Below, piece after piece: positions 28,817 through 37,698 of a stretch of DNA of 64,000 nt. The position numbers and the translations under genes were made by a program. Source of the DNA: an uncultured Actinomycetes bacterium (GTDB lineage Bacteria > Actinomycetota > UBA4738 > JBBDTT01). The notes beneath the pieces were generated by a model. That model searched no databases. It was not told the DNA's origin and saw nothing but the letters and a program-made list of their open reading frames with translations. Each line of letters begins with the position of its first letter. Position 1 is the stretch's first letter. The stretch spans positions 288,001 through 352,000 of the forward strand of contig CAVUMN010000004.1 of NCBI GenBank assembly GCA_963742735.1. Direction: 5' to 3'.

Positions 28817-29308
28817 CTAGGTGCGGGCGAGCTTCCCGTTGAAGGTGAAGTCGACCGAGCCGTTCGGGCCGTCGAGGAAGTCGAGGACGACCCGCGTGTT
28901 GCCTCCGCCGGTCCAGTTCGGTCCACGGACGGTCCACTGCCCCGTGCACTCGAAGTGCTGGGCCCGTCCGTCCGTGTCGTCGCACTGGATCTTCCAGTCG
29001 ACGGTCAGGTCGTCGCCGTTGTGCAGCTGCGTGGTGCCCGACACGATCTGCGGCGGCCGGAACTTGCGCGCGCACGAGCGCGCGTCGCCGCCCGTTGAGA
29101 TCACGCCCGTGGCCTCGAACGTGCCGCTGGCACAGTCGGAGTTCGCCGTCCGGCCGGCGAAGGGCCGCTCGAAGAACTGATGGGTGTGGATGAACTGCGT
29201 GCGCTGACCGGCCGCGGAGGCCGGGAACGCGAACAGCCCGAGCACGAGCACGGCCGCCAGCAGCACCAGCGTCGTGCGCGAGCCGGGAGTGAGCTTGGTG
29301 AGGCGCAT
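28817..29308 (-). CDS. Hypothetical secreted beta-barrel-like protein
   Basis: Signal peptide ending ASA; four Cys; RBS-like AAAGGGG upstream. Confidence 0.6.
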   Translation of the reverse strand: MRLTKLTPGSRTTLVLLAAVLVLGLFAFPASAAGQRTQFIHTHQFFERPFAGRTANSDCASGTFEATGVISTGGDARSCARKFRPPQIVSGTTQLHNGDDLTVDWKIQCDDTDGRAQHFECTGQWTVRGPNWTGGGNTRVVLDFLDGPNGSVDFTFNGKLART

Positions 29309-29404
29309 TCCTACCCCTTTCGATTGGACTGCCAAATGGATACAGGGTGGAGGGGACCGAGTCAATAGTCCCCTTTGCGTGGTCCGTTCGCGGTATGCGG
29401 GACG

Positions 29405-29480
29405 TGGAGCCGGGGAGGGGAATCGAACCCCTGACCTGCTCATTACGAATGAGCCGCTCTGCCGACTGAGCTACCCCGGC
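29405..29480 (-). tRNA. tRNA-Thr(CGT)
   Basis: 76 nt cloverleaf GCCGGGG...GGTTCGATTCC...CCCCGGCTCCA; anticodon stem GCTCA/TGAGC, loop TTCGTAA; CCA encoded. Confidence 0.97.
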
Positions 29481-29516
29481 TTGAGTCCAGTCGATGATAG
29501 AGGACGCACCTGAGCC

Positions 29517-29912
29517 TCAGCCCACCAGCACGCCGAGCAGCTCCCGGACGCGGCGGTCGATCTGGTCGCGGATGGGGCGGACCTGCTCGACCGTCTTGCC
29601 GGCGGGATCCTCGAGCTCCCAGTCCTCGTAGCGCTTCCCGGGATAGATCGGGCAGGCGTCGCCGCAGCCCATCGTCACGACGACGTCGGCGTCCCGGACC
29701 GCGTCGTCCGTCAGACGCTTCGGGACCTCCGCCGTAAGGTCGATGCCGACCTCGCGCATGGCCTCCAGGACCGCCGGGTTGATCGCGTCCGCCGGCTCGC
29801 TTCCGGCCGAGCGGACCGTCACCCGTCCCTCGGCGTGGCGCTCCAGGAGCGCCGCGGCCATCTGGCTTCGGCCGGCGTTGTGGACGCAGACGAACAAGAC
29901 CTCGGGGGTCAT
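29517..29912 (-). CDS. arsC: Arsenate reductase, LMW-PTP family
   Basis: FVCVHNAGRSQMA, TMGCGDACP and W.LEDP motifs. Confidence 0.9.
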   Translation of the reverse strand: MTPEVLFVCVHNAGRSQMAAALLERHAEGRVTVRSAGSEPADAINPAVLEAMREVGIDLTAEVPKRLTDDAVRDADVVVTMGCGDACPIYPGKRYEDWELEDPAGKTVEQVRPIRDQIDRRVRELLGVLVG

Positions 29913-30259
29913 CCGACGGGAGCGGGCGCGGCGAGCGCCGAGGACAGCAGCGCCATCGGCTCGGGCCGAAGGCTGAAGAACGCCCACCGTCCCCGCTGCT
30001 CTCGGTCGAGCAGGCCGGCGTCGGTGAGGACCTTCAGGTGATGGCTCACGGTCGGCTGGGAGAGCCCCAGCGGGATCGTCAGGTCGCACACGCACGCCTC
30101 GCCGTCGGGCTGGGCCCCGATCAGGCTCACCAGGCGCAGCCGCGCCGGGTCGGCGAGGACCCGGAGGGCGGCCGCCAGGTTCTCCGCGTCGCGCTCGTCC
30201 AGCGGCGCCTCGAGCACCGAGGGGCAGCACTGCGGCTCGATCCGCGCGATCGCCTTCAT
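29909..30259 (-). CDS. arsR: ArsR/SmtB family metalloregulator
   Basis: N-terminal CC, LADPARL, ACVCDL, LSQPTVSHHLKVL. Confidence 0.9.
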   Translation of the reverse strand: MKAIARIEPQCCPSVLEAPLDERDAENLAAALRVLADPARLRLVSLIGAQPDGEACVCDLTIPLGLSQPTVSHHLKVLTDAGLLDREQRGRWAFFSLRPEPMALLSSALAAPAPVG

Positions 30260-30266
30260 GGAGGAC

Positions 30267-30317
30267 ATATTGACAGCGGTCGATACTTCCGTCAACGTAT
30301 CGATCTCCATCGATACG
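30267..30317 (-). promoter_or_regulatory. Housekeeping promoter with two ArsR-type operator boxes
   Basis: Minus strand TTGACG-N17-CAATAT-N7-ATG; ATCGA-N6-TCAAT overlapping the spacer and -10; inverted repeat CGTATCGAT-N4-ATCGATACG at 30296-30317. Confidence 0.7.
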
Positions 30318-30423
30318 AGGGGAGGTGATCGCGCATGCGACGCGATCCGTGCTGTCCGCCCGACTGCTGCCCGCCCGGCGCCTGCGGCTGAACGTCGGCC
30401 GGTCCGGGGCGGGGACACACGTC

Positions 30424-31218
30424 TCAGCCCCGGATCGCGCCCATCTCCTGCCGGTCGGCCTCGTCGAACTCGCGGGGCGGACCCCCGCGGAACACGCTGC
30501 CGATGCTCACGTCCTCGATGGCCCAGAACATCACCGACCCGTCGCTGTTCGAATGCCCGGGATGCTCGGGATCCTCGTGGAACGCTCCCTGGCCGGTGAG
30601 GTTCACCAGCCCGAGCAGGTGGCCGAGCTCGTGGACGACGACGGCCGTCTCGAACCCCTCGTAGAACGCGCCCGCCAGCAGGGCCGACCGGATCCTGTGG
30701 GGGAAGATCGCGAACGCGGTCGCGGAGAAGGCCACCCCCACCGCCGACTCGTCCTCGAACCGCCCGCCGAGGACCATCACGTACACGCCCGCCGTCCCGT
30801 CGCCGGAGAGCGTCCCCCGGTTCGCCGCGGCGAGGCCGGCCAGATCCTCCGAGGTGTAGACGGCGCGCGACTCGACCGTCCCGTCCTCGGTGAAGGAGAC
30901 GGACTTGCCTCCGTGCTCCACGAGGTTCGACGCCAGCGCCTCGCGGGCCGTGGCCGACAGCGACTGGCCTTCGGACAGGTCGACCTCGATCTGCGCCCCG
31001 CCGACGTCCGAGGACAGGAGCGCCCGGGCGGCGGAGCCGACCGGCCCCGCGTCGTCGACGGACGACCCTCCGTTGGGCCCCGGCCCGGACGACCCTCCGT
31101 CACCGCCGCCGCCACCACCGGGACCGGAGTCGGTGACCTCGTCGATGACCTTCGCCGCCCGGTCGCAGGCGCCGAGCAGCAACGCGAGGACCAACAGCAG
31201 ACCGAGCGTTCGTCGCAC
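30424..31218 (-). CDS. Lipoprotein zinc metallopeptidase (metzincin-like)
   Basis: Lipobox LGAC; HELGHLLGL...H...SVM Met-turn-like motif. Confidence 0.75.
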   Translation of the reverse strand: MRRTLGLLLVLALLLGACDRAAKVIDEVTDSGPGGGGGGDGGSSGPGPNGGSSVDDAGPVGSAARALLSSDVGGAQIEVDLSEGQSLSATAREALASNLVEHGGKSVSFTEDGTVESRAVYTSEDLAGLAAANRGTLSGDGTAGVYVMVLGGRFEDESAVGVAFSATAFAIFPHRIRSALLAGAFYEGFETAVVVHELGHLLGLVNLTGQGAFHEDPEHPGHSNSDGSVMFWAIEDVSIGSVFRGGPPREFDEADRQEMGAIRG

Positions 31219-31288
31219 CGGTGATGGCTACCCGCACCCAGCGGGCCGCACACCCTCCGGACGTCCGACCCGCTGCTACCGTGATCCG

Positions 31289-32509
31289 ATGCTTCGACGG
31301 ATCCTGGCCGCGCTGCTGTTGGTCGCCGCCGGGTGCACGGGCAGCGAAACACCCACCGCCGAGAACGAGCTGCTGATCGCGGTGAACGCGCCGTTCTCGG
31401 TCTCGCCGTATATCGGCGAGACCATCCTGAACGGCGTCCAGCTCGCCGCCGACCAGATCGAGGACGCAGGCGGGCTGAAGGCAGGGGGCACCACGTATCG
31501 CTTCACGATCAAGCGCTACGACAACGCGTTGTCGCCCGGACGCGCCCTGGACAACGTCCGAACCGCGCTCGAGGACGGCGCGGTGGCGATCGTGGACGAG
31601 GGCACGGGCCTGGACGCCACCTGGCAGGTCGCGGCGCAGGCGAAGGTCCCCATCTGCGTCGTGTATCAGGGCGGCCTGGGAATGGTGGATGCAGACGCTC
31701 GCCCCAATGTGTTCCGGATCGCCCCGACGGACCACGGCGTCGCCTTCCGGCTGGCCGAGTACCTGGTGCCCAAGGGGCTGAAGGTCGCGCTGGTCCACGA
31801 CGACTCCGACTACGGCCAGGGAGGGCGGCGGGCGTTCGACGAGGCCTTCGGTCACACGCCGGAAGCCATCGCCACGCGCGTGTCGGTCCCGGCCGCCTCC
31901 GCCGACATCGCGCCCCAGATCCTGAAGACCCGCCGGGAGGGGGCCACCGCCCTCGTGGTGTGGGGGCATTCCACGACCGTCGCCGAGGTCGTCCGCGCCG
32001 CCCGCACCTCGACGTGGGACGTCCCGATCTACAGCGCGCCGTCCGCCGAGGACCCGCTGGTGCGCCAGCGGCTCGCCGAGCGGCCCGAGTGGGTGGACGG
32101 CCTGACCTTCGCCTCCGGCCGGATGACCGCCGAGGTGGGACCGGAGCCCTTCCTCACCTTCCAGGGCGCCTATCACGACGCGTTCGGCCGGGACGAGGTC
32201 GGCGTGACCACCTCCGCCGGCGAGACGGTGTTCCAGCCGCCCGACTACGCGATGTACGGCTACGACTTCGTGAACGTCCTGGCCGCGGCGATCGTGGCCG
32301 CGAACGGGATCGACAAGACCGCGGTGCTGGACTTCCTGGAGCAGGTCGACGCGCGGGGCGCGAACGGCGACGAACGTGGCTTCAACGAGATCAACCACGA
32401 GGGGGTCGTGGACGACGACGTGTACTTCGCCGTGTTCGACGACATGACGTACCGTCCGGTCCAGGACGATCCCCTGTCGTCCACCCTGGACGTGATCCCG
32501 CAGACATGA
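31289..32509 (+). CDS. ABC transporter substrate-binding lipoprotein, LivJ/type I PBP family
   Basis: Lipobox AAGC; G..LA...I..AGG, PNVFRIAPTD and DDSDYG motifs. Confidence 0.85.
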   Translation: MLRRILAALLLVAAGCTGSETPTAENELLIAVNAPFSVSPYIGETILNGVQLAADQIEDAGGLKAGGTTYRFTIKRYDNALSPGRALDNVRTALEDGAVAIVDEGTGLDATWQVAAQAKVPICVVYQGGLGMVDADARPNVFRIAPTDHGVAFRLAEYLVPKGLKVALVHDDSDYGQGGRRAFDEAFGHTPEAIATRVSVPAASADIAPQILKTRREGATALVVWGHSTTVAEVVRAARTSTWDVPIYSAPSAEDPLVRQRLAERPEWVDGLTFASGRMTAEVGPEPFLTFQGAYHDAFGRDEVGVTTSAGETVFQPPDYAMYGYDFVNVLAAAIVAANGIDKTAVLDFLEQVDARGANGDERGFNEINHEGVVDDDVYFAVFDDMTYRPVQDDPLSSTLDVIPQT

Positions 32510-32940
32510 GACGCACCGCCGCCGTCCGCATGTTCGTCGCCCTCATCCTCGCCCTGTCTTCCTGCGCGGGCGACCCACCGGGCCGGCGGACCGATACGAC
32601 CCCCATTCCTACCTGCTCGCTCGTACCGACGCTGCCCCCACCGACGGACCTTCCACCCAATTTCCCGACGCCCGCCGGGGTGGGCTACTACTCCGTCGAG
32701 AAGGCGGGGCCGTCCACGATCCTCGAGGGCTACATGGTCGCGGTCACGCTCGAGGACGCGTTCGCAGCCTGGAAGCGAGCGTTCGATGTCGCGGGGTATC
32801 AGGTCACCGACGAGGAACGCGAGGAATTCGACGCAGAGGTCAACTTCGCCGGCGGGAGCTCGACGGGCCAGGTTCGGCTCAACGCCGGCGAGTGCGCGGG
32901 ATCGGTTTTCGTCGGCGTGACCATCCGACCGGGATCTTGA
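32506..32940 (+). CDS. Hypothetical lipoprotein
   Basis: ATGA overlap with the SBP gene; lipobox LSSC; DLPPNFPTP; paired Cys. Confidence 0.65.
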   Translation: MRRTAAVRMFVALILALSSCAGDPPGRRTDTTPIPTCSLVPTLPPPTDLPPNFPTPAGVGYYSVEKAGPSTILEGYMVAVTLEDAFAAWKRAFDVAGYQVTDEEREEFDAEVNFAGGSSTGQVRLNAGECAGSVFVGVTIRPGS

Positions 32941-34220
32941 TGCGGCGCCGAGCGCTTGGGGTGCTCGGGGTGCTCGCGCTGGTGGCGCTGTCGGCTCCGG
33001 CCGGCGCGCAGGGCGCAGACGCGGTCCGGCTCCCGACGCCGCTGGACGCGATCGCCCTCGCGCCGGGGGCAGACCAGTTCCTGCTCGGCAAGGACTTCAA
33101 CGAGCGAGCGTTCCCCGGCCGGGTCCATGACCTTGAGCGCGTGGACATCGAACTGTCGCCCGACGGGTCGCCGTCGAGGGTGACGGTCGAGCAGCGACTG
33201 AACCTGGAAGGCCTCGGCGACTTCTCGCTGCGGATCCCGGGGCCGGCGGTGACCGTCGAGGCCCTGCCGAGCTCGGACTCGCGGCCCGGACTTCGGCGTG
33301 GCTCCATGATCTGGCAGGGGTTCTCGCCGGGGAACCGCAACCTCCACGCGCGGATGGAGCTCTACCCGGAGCGCGAGGCCCCACGGCTGCCGCTGAAGAT
33401 CACGTTCGACGTCACGGTGGACGGCGCTCCCCTGGAGCCCGGCGACTCCGCCACCGGCTCCTTCACCGCGGTCCTGCGCATCGAGAACGTCACCGCGATC
33501 CCCACGCGTATCAACCACGCCGACGCGGATCCCGAGGCGGCGGCGGGGGCCCTGGACGCGATCCGTGCCTCGCTCCTGGCGAGGCAGCGGCCCACGCCGG
33601 GAGCCTCGGGCGTGCCCAAGACCATCCCGGCGACCGACGTCACGACCCGGAGCGAGGACGTCGAGGCGCCGATCCGGGTGCACGGGTTCGTCGCGTTCGC
33701 CGCGACCCGGTTCACGGCGGAGGTCCGGGGGGGAGCCGTCGAGACGGGTTTCGGCGCCCCACCGCTCGTTCAGTTCGATGTCCTTCTCGGGGGCGGGCGT
33801 CCCCTGGCTCACGAGGTGCGGATCACGGGGATGGCCCAGAACCTGAAGCTGGGCAGCGTCGAAGCCGAGGCCCGGCCGGCCCCGCCCCACGCGATGCTCG
33901 TCCGCCCGCCGGAGGGCTTCGACACGTGGAGCGACGCGGTCGCGGATGGAGTCGCGACCGGCCGCGAGGTGCTGGCCCGGGCCATGAGCGCGATGTGGCG
34001 GGTGGCCCGGCTGCGGCTCTACGACGGCTACATCGGCAACCCGGACCCGATTGGCTCCGCGCGCTCCGTCTACTCCTTCCGGCTCGCACCGCCCCCGCCG
34101 CCGGTCGTGGTGGTCCCGCCGCCCCCGCCCCCGGAGCTCGGCACGTTCGGGATGGCCCTCGCCGGCTTCGCCGGCATCGCGCTGCTGTTCGTGCTGGCGC
34201 TGCAGTGGGCGCACGCCTGA
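32940..34220 (+). CDS. Hypothetical surface protein with signal peptide and C-terminal Pro-rich linker plus TM anchor
   Basis: MRRRALGVLGV...AQG; PPPPPVVVVPPPPPP then TM helix at the C-terminus. Confidence 0.65.
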   Translation: MRRRALGVLGVLALVALSAPAGAQGADAVRLPTPLDAIALAPGADQFLLGKDFNERAFPGRVHDLERVDIELSPDGSPSRVTVEQRLNLEGLGDFSLRIPGPAVTVEALPSSDSRPGLRRGSMIWQGFSPGNRNLHARMELYPEREAPRLPLKITFDVTVDGAPLEPGDSATGSFTAVLRIENVTAIPTRINHADADPEAAAGALDAIRASLLARQRPTPGASGVPKTIPATDVTTRSEDVEAPIRVHGFVAFAATRFTAEVRGGAVETGFGAPPLVQFDVLLGGGRPLAHEVRITGMAQNLKLGSVEAEARPAPPHAMLVRPPEGFDTWSDAVADGVATGREVLARAMSAMWRVARLRLYDGYIGNPDPIGSARSVYSFRLAPPPPPVVVVPPPPPPELGTFGMALAGFAGIALLFVLALQWAHA

Positions 34221-34230
34221 GCGCGCGCGG

Positions 34231-34791
34231 CTAGGACGAGGGCGAGTTCGTGGGGATCGGCGAGCCGCTCTGGGTGTTGGGGTTCGCGCCGACCGTCGAG
34301 GAGTCCGGCGCGTAGATCAGGATCATCACCGAGTACCCCGGCTGGCAGAAGATGCTCTGGGCCTTGAACGCCCCCACCGCGGGCGGCTTGGTGAACTGGT
34401 CCTCGACCTCGCCGGGCTCGGAGTCGCCGCGCCCCAGCGTCCACCCGGCCGCCGGCCATTCCGCCAGGACGAATCGCGTGAAGGTGTCGAGCGCCGCGGG
34501 AACCACGAAGATCCCCCGCTTGTAGCCGTAGGAGTCCTCGAGCCGCTCGTACGCGTACGTGCCCTCGTACATCGGCAGATCCTCGGGAAGCCAGTCGGGC
34601 GCGTCGATCCGTCCCGGGTACTCGCACGGCGGGGCGTTCGGGTTCGCCGCCGTCGGCGTGGCCCCCCCGACCAGCGGGGTGAGCCCGAAGGAGAACTGAG
34701 GCGTCGGGCTCGTGGCCGGGCCGGTGGCCGGCGTGCACGCCGCCACGAGCGCGGCGGCCGCGAGCACGGCCGGTATCCTGAGGCGCTTCAC
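34231..34791 (-). CDS. Hypothetical lipoprotein, apparent paralog of 32506-32940
   Basis: Lipobox VAAC; C...WLPEDLPMYEG...AGW...E...F...C pattern. Confidence 0.6.
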   Translation of the reverse strand: MKRLRIPAVLAAAALVAACTPATGPATSPTPQFSFGLTPLVGGATPTAANPNAPPCEYPGRIDAPDWLPEDLPMYEGTYAYERLEDSYGYKRGIFVVPAALDTFTRFVLAEWPAAGWTLGRGDSEPGEVEDQFTKPPAVGAFKAQSIFCQPGYSVMILIYAPDSSTVGANPNTQSGSPIPTNSPSS

Positions 34792-34821
34792 GCGACCCCG
34801 CGCTTCGAAGGAGACCCTCCG

Positions 34822-35751
34822 ATGGCCCTCGTGCTGCAGGTGATCGTGACGGGGCTGGCCGCGGGCGCCGGGTACGGGCTGCTCGCGATCGGCCTCGCCG
34901 TCATCCACCGCCTGACCGGTGTGATCCACCTCGCGCTCGGCGAGCTGGTCGGGCTCGCCGTCGTGGTCACCCTGCTGGTCGTCGCGGGGCCCGATCTGGT
35001 CACGCCATCGAGTGTATCGGCCGCCTCCTACGCCGGAGCCCTGTCGGCCGGTGTCGCCGCGGCCGTGCTCGCCGGGGTCGGGACGTACTGGCTGGCCGTG
35101 CGGCCGTTCCTCCGTCGCGGGCTCACCCTCGGCTGGCTGGGGGCCGTCGTCGCGGTCGCGTTCGCCGTCCGGGGCGCGCTCGGCGCCGCCCTGGTCCGCG
35201 ACTCCTACGCCTTCCCCGACCCCATCCCGTTCGAGCGGGTGGGCACCGACGGGTCGCTCGTGCTGTCGGGCGGGGTGACGATCCCCGTCCGCGCGTTCTT
35301 CGTGTTCGCCGTGGGCCTGGTGCTGGCCGAGGTGACCGCCCGGGTGCTCGAACGGACCGGCTGGGGCCGGGCCCTGCGGGCGGTCGCCGCGGAGCCGGAC
35401 GGAGCCCACCTCACCGGGCTCCCGGTCGACCGCCTGCTGGCCGGGGCGTTCGCGTTGGCCGGGGGGCTCGCCGCGATCGCCGCGATCGTCCAGGCGCCGT
35501 CGGTCCCGGTGACGGTGGCGACGGGATCGCTCCTGGGCCTGAAGGGGCTGGTGGCGGCCGTGCTGGTCGGGTTCGGCTCGCCGCGGCGCGCATTCCTGGC
35601 CGGCCTGGCGGTGGGGCTCGTCGAGACCGCCGTGGCCACCTACGACATCGGCCCGGTCCACCTGGGGGCGGAGTTCCGCGACGTGATCCCGCTGGCGCTC
35701 GCGGTGATCGTGCTCGGGTGGCGCCGGCTCGGGACCCGGCCGGCCGAATGA
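34822..35751 (+). CDS. Branched-chain amino acid-type ABC permease (LivH-like)
   Basis: GLAAGAGYGLLAIGL...TGVIHLALGE; T.WGRALRAVA; GLKGLVAAVLVG. Confidence 0.85.
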   Translation: MALVLQVIVTGLAAGAGYGLLAIGLAVIHRLTGVIHLALGELVGLAVVVTLLVVAGPDLVTPSSVSAASYAGALSAGVAAAVLAGVGTYWLAVRPFLRRGLTLGWLGAVVAVAFAVRGALGAALVRDSYAFPDPIPFERVGTDGSLVLSGGVTIPVRAFFVFAVGLVLAEVTARVLERTGWGRALRAVAAEPDGAHLTGLPVDRLLAGAFALAGGLAAIAAIVQAPSVPVTVATGSLLGLKGLVAAVLVGFGSPRRAFLAGLAVGLVETAVATYDIGPVHLGAEFRDVIPLALAVIVLGWRRLGTRPAE

Positions 35752-37628
35752 GCCCGGCCCGGGCGTTCGCCGTCGCGTTCGGGCGGCTGGGAGCCGCGGC
35801 GCGGGTTGGCCTGGCGGACGCGCGGAGAGCGTGGTCGCGCAAGGCCGGCGCGTGGCTGTTCGCCTACGCGGCCGCCGCGCTGCTGGTCCCGTTCGCGCTG
35901 TCGTCCACGCGGCTGACCGACCTCGCGGTCGGGCTGTACGTCGCCCTGGCCGCCGTCGGGCTCAACTACGCGGTCGGGCTCGCGGGGCTCCCGTCGCTGG
36001 GACAGGGTGCGTTCGCCGCGGCCGGGGCGTTCGCCGTCGCGCTGCTGATGTCCAGGCTCGGGTGGGCGCCGGCGCCGGCCGTCCTTGCCGGGACGGGGGT
36101 CGCCGCCGCCGGTGGGCTCGTGGCCGGCGCGGGGGCGGTTCGCCTGGCGCCACCGTTCGTCGCGGTCTCGACCTGGCTCGTGGCGTGGCTGGCGTCCTTC
36201 GCGCTCGCCGCGTTCCCGAACCTGTTCGGCGGGGCGCAGGGGATCCCGGTGGGCCGTCCGACGGGCGCCGAGGGGATCGTGCCCGGGGGCGACCTGACCC
36301 CGGCCGGACACTTCGAGGTCGCGCTGGCGCTGCTCGCCCTGGCGCTGCTCGGCTACGCGGCCGTGCGTCGAGGGCCCGGCGGCATCGCCCTGTCCGCCGC
36401 AAACCAGTCCCCGGCCGCGGCGGCCGCGCTCGGCGTGGAGCCCGCGGGCCGCCGGCTGGGCGCGTTCGTCGCCTCTGCGGCGATCGGCGGGCTGGCCGGC
36501 GGACTGGCCGTCCAGGCCCAGGGCATCGCCGACCCCGGCGCGTACGGCCCGCTGCTCTCGGTGGAGCTGTTCGTCGCGGTGTTGCTCGGCGGCCAGGGGT
36601 CGGTCCTCGGCCCGGCCGTGGGGGCGGCCGTGCTGGTCGGGATCCCACCGGTCGCGCGGGCGCTGGCCTCCGCCACCGGGACCGGGGCCGACCGCGTCGA
36701 GGGCGTGGTCGCCGCGGCCCTGCTGGTGATCGCGCTGGTCGCCGGGGGGACCGGGGCGGCCGGCGTGATCGAGCGGATACGGCGGCGTCGCGCGCCCGGG
36801 CCGGAGCTCCACGGGTGGGCCCCGAAGCTCGCCGCCCGGAAGCGCCGGCGGCGGAAGGCGGGCCGCCCGGCCCTGGCGGCGTCCGGCGTGACGATCCGCT
36901 TCGGGGGCGTCCTGGCCCTGGACGACGTGTCGCTGGAGGTTCGTCCCGGGCAGGTCCACGCGCTGATCGGGCCCAACGGCTCGGGCAAGACCACGCTGCT
37001 GCGGATCCTCTCCGGCACGCTGCGGCCGGACGGGGGATCCATCGAGCTGCTCGGTCGGGACGTGACCGTGACCGGCGTTCGCGAACGGGTCCGCCGGGGG
37101 CTCGTGCGCACCCTCCAGCGCACTGCGGTGTTCCCGGAGCTCACCGTGGCCCAGCACGTGCAGGCCGGGGCGGACGCCCGCCGCTCGACCGGCGCGCTCC
37201 GGACGCTCCTGGCCACGCCGGACGCCCGCGACGAGACCCGCGCGATCGCCCGCGAGGGATGGATGCTCCTGGCCCTCGCCGGCCTGCGCGGCTCCGCCCG
37301 GGCTCGCGTCGGCTCCCTTCCCGGCGCCGAGCAGCGGCTGGTGGCGATCGTCACGGCCCTGGCCGCCCGGCCCCGCGTCGTGCTGCTCGACGAGCCGGCC
37401 GCGGGGATGTCCCAGGACCGCCGCGAGGACCTGGTCGGGCTGCTCGATCGCCTGCGCGGGCTGGGGCTCGCGATCGTGCTCGTCGAGCACGATCTGCGCC
37501 TGGTCCGGGCCGTGGCCGACGTGGTCACCGTGCTCGACGCGGGCACGGTGATCGCCCGGGGCACGCCGCGCGCGGTGGCCGCACGGAAGGCCGTCCAGCG
37601 GGCCTACCTGGGGGACCCCCGCGCGTAG
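35748..37628 (+). CDS. Fused ABC permease/ATPase (LivM-LivG-like)
   Basis: GLN...G..SLGQGAF TM domain followed by GPNGSGKTT, LLDEPAAG, VEHD and AYLG. Confidence 0.85.
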   Translation: MSPARAFAVAFGRLGAAARVGLADARRAWSRKAGAWLFAYAAAALLVPFALSSTRLTDLAVGLYVALAAVGLNYAVGLAGLPSLGQGAFAAAGAFAVALLMSRLGWAPAPAVLAGTGVAAAGGLVAGAGAVRLAPPFVAVSTWLVAWLASFALAAFPNLFGGAQGIPVGRPTGAEGIVPGGDLTPAGHFEVALALLALALLGYAAVRRGPGGIALSAANQSPAAAAALGVEPAGRRLGAFVASAAIGGLAGGLAVQAQGIADPGAYGPLLSVELFVAVLLGGQGSVLGPAVGAAVLVGIPPVARALASATGTGADRVEGVVAAALLVIALVAGGTGAAGVIERIRRRRAPGPELHGWAPKLAARKRRRRKAGRPALAASGVTIRFGGVLALDDVSLEVRPGQVHALIGPNGSGKTTLLRILSGTLRPDGGSIELLGRDVTVTGVRERVRRGLVRTLQRTAVFPELTVAQHVQAGADARRSTGALRTLLATPDARDETRAIAREGWMLLALAGLRGSARARVGSLPGAEQRLVAIVTALAARPRVVLLDEPAAGMSQDRREDLVGLLDRLRGLGLAIVLVEHDLRLVRAVADVVTVLDAGTVIARGTPRAVAARKAVQRAYLGDPRA

Positions 37629-37698
37629 GACTTGTCGCGGCGCCTTCCGGGAGAAACAATGAGGCGGCGTCCCGCCCGTTTCTCAGCGCCCGTGACCA

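Noticed and set aside
28730-29520. tRNA-Thr as an integration site for an island or prophage
   Set aside because: No integrase and no duplicated tRNA 3' end seen in the window.
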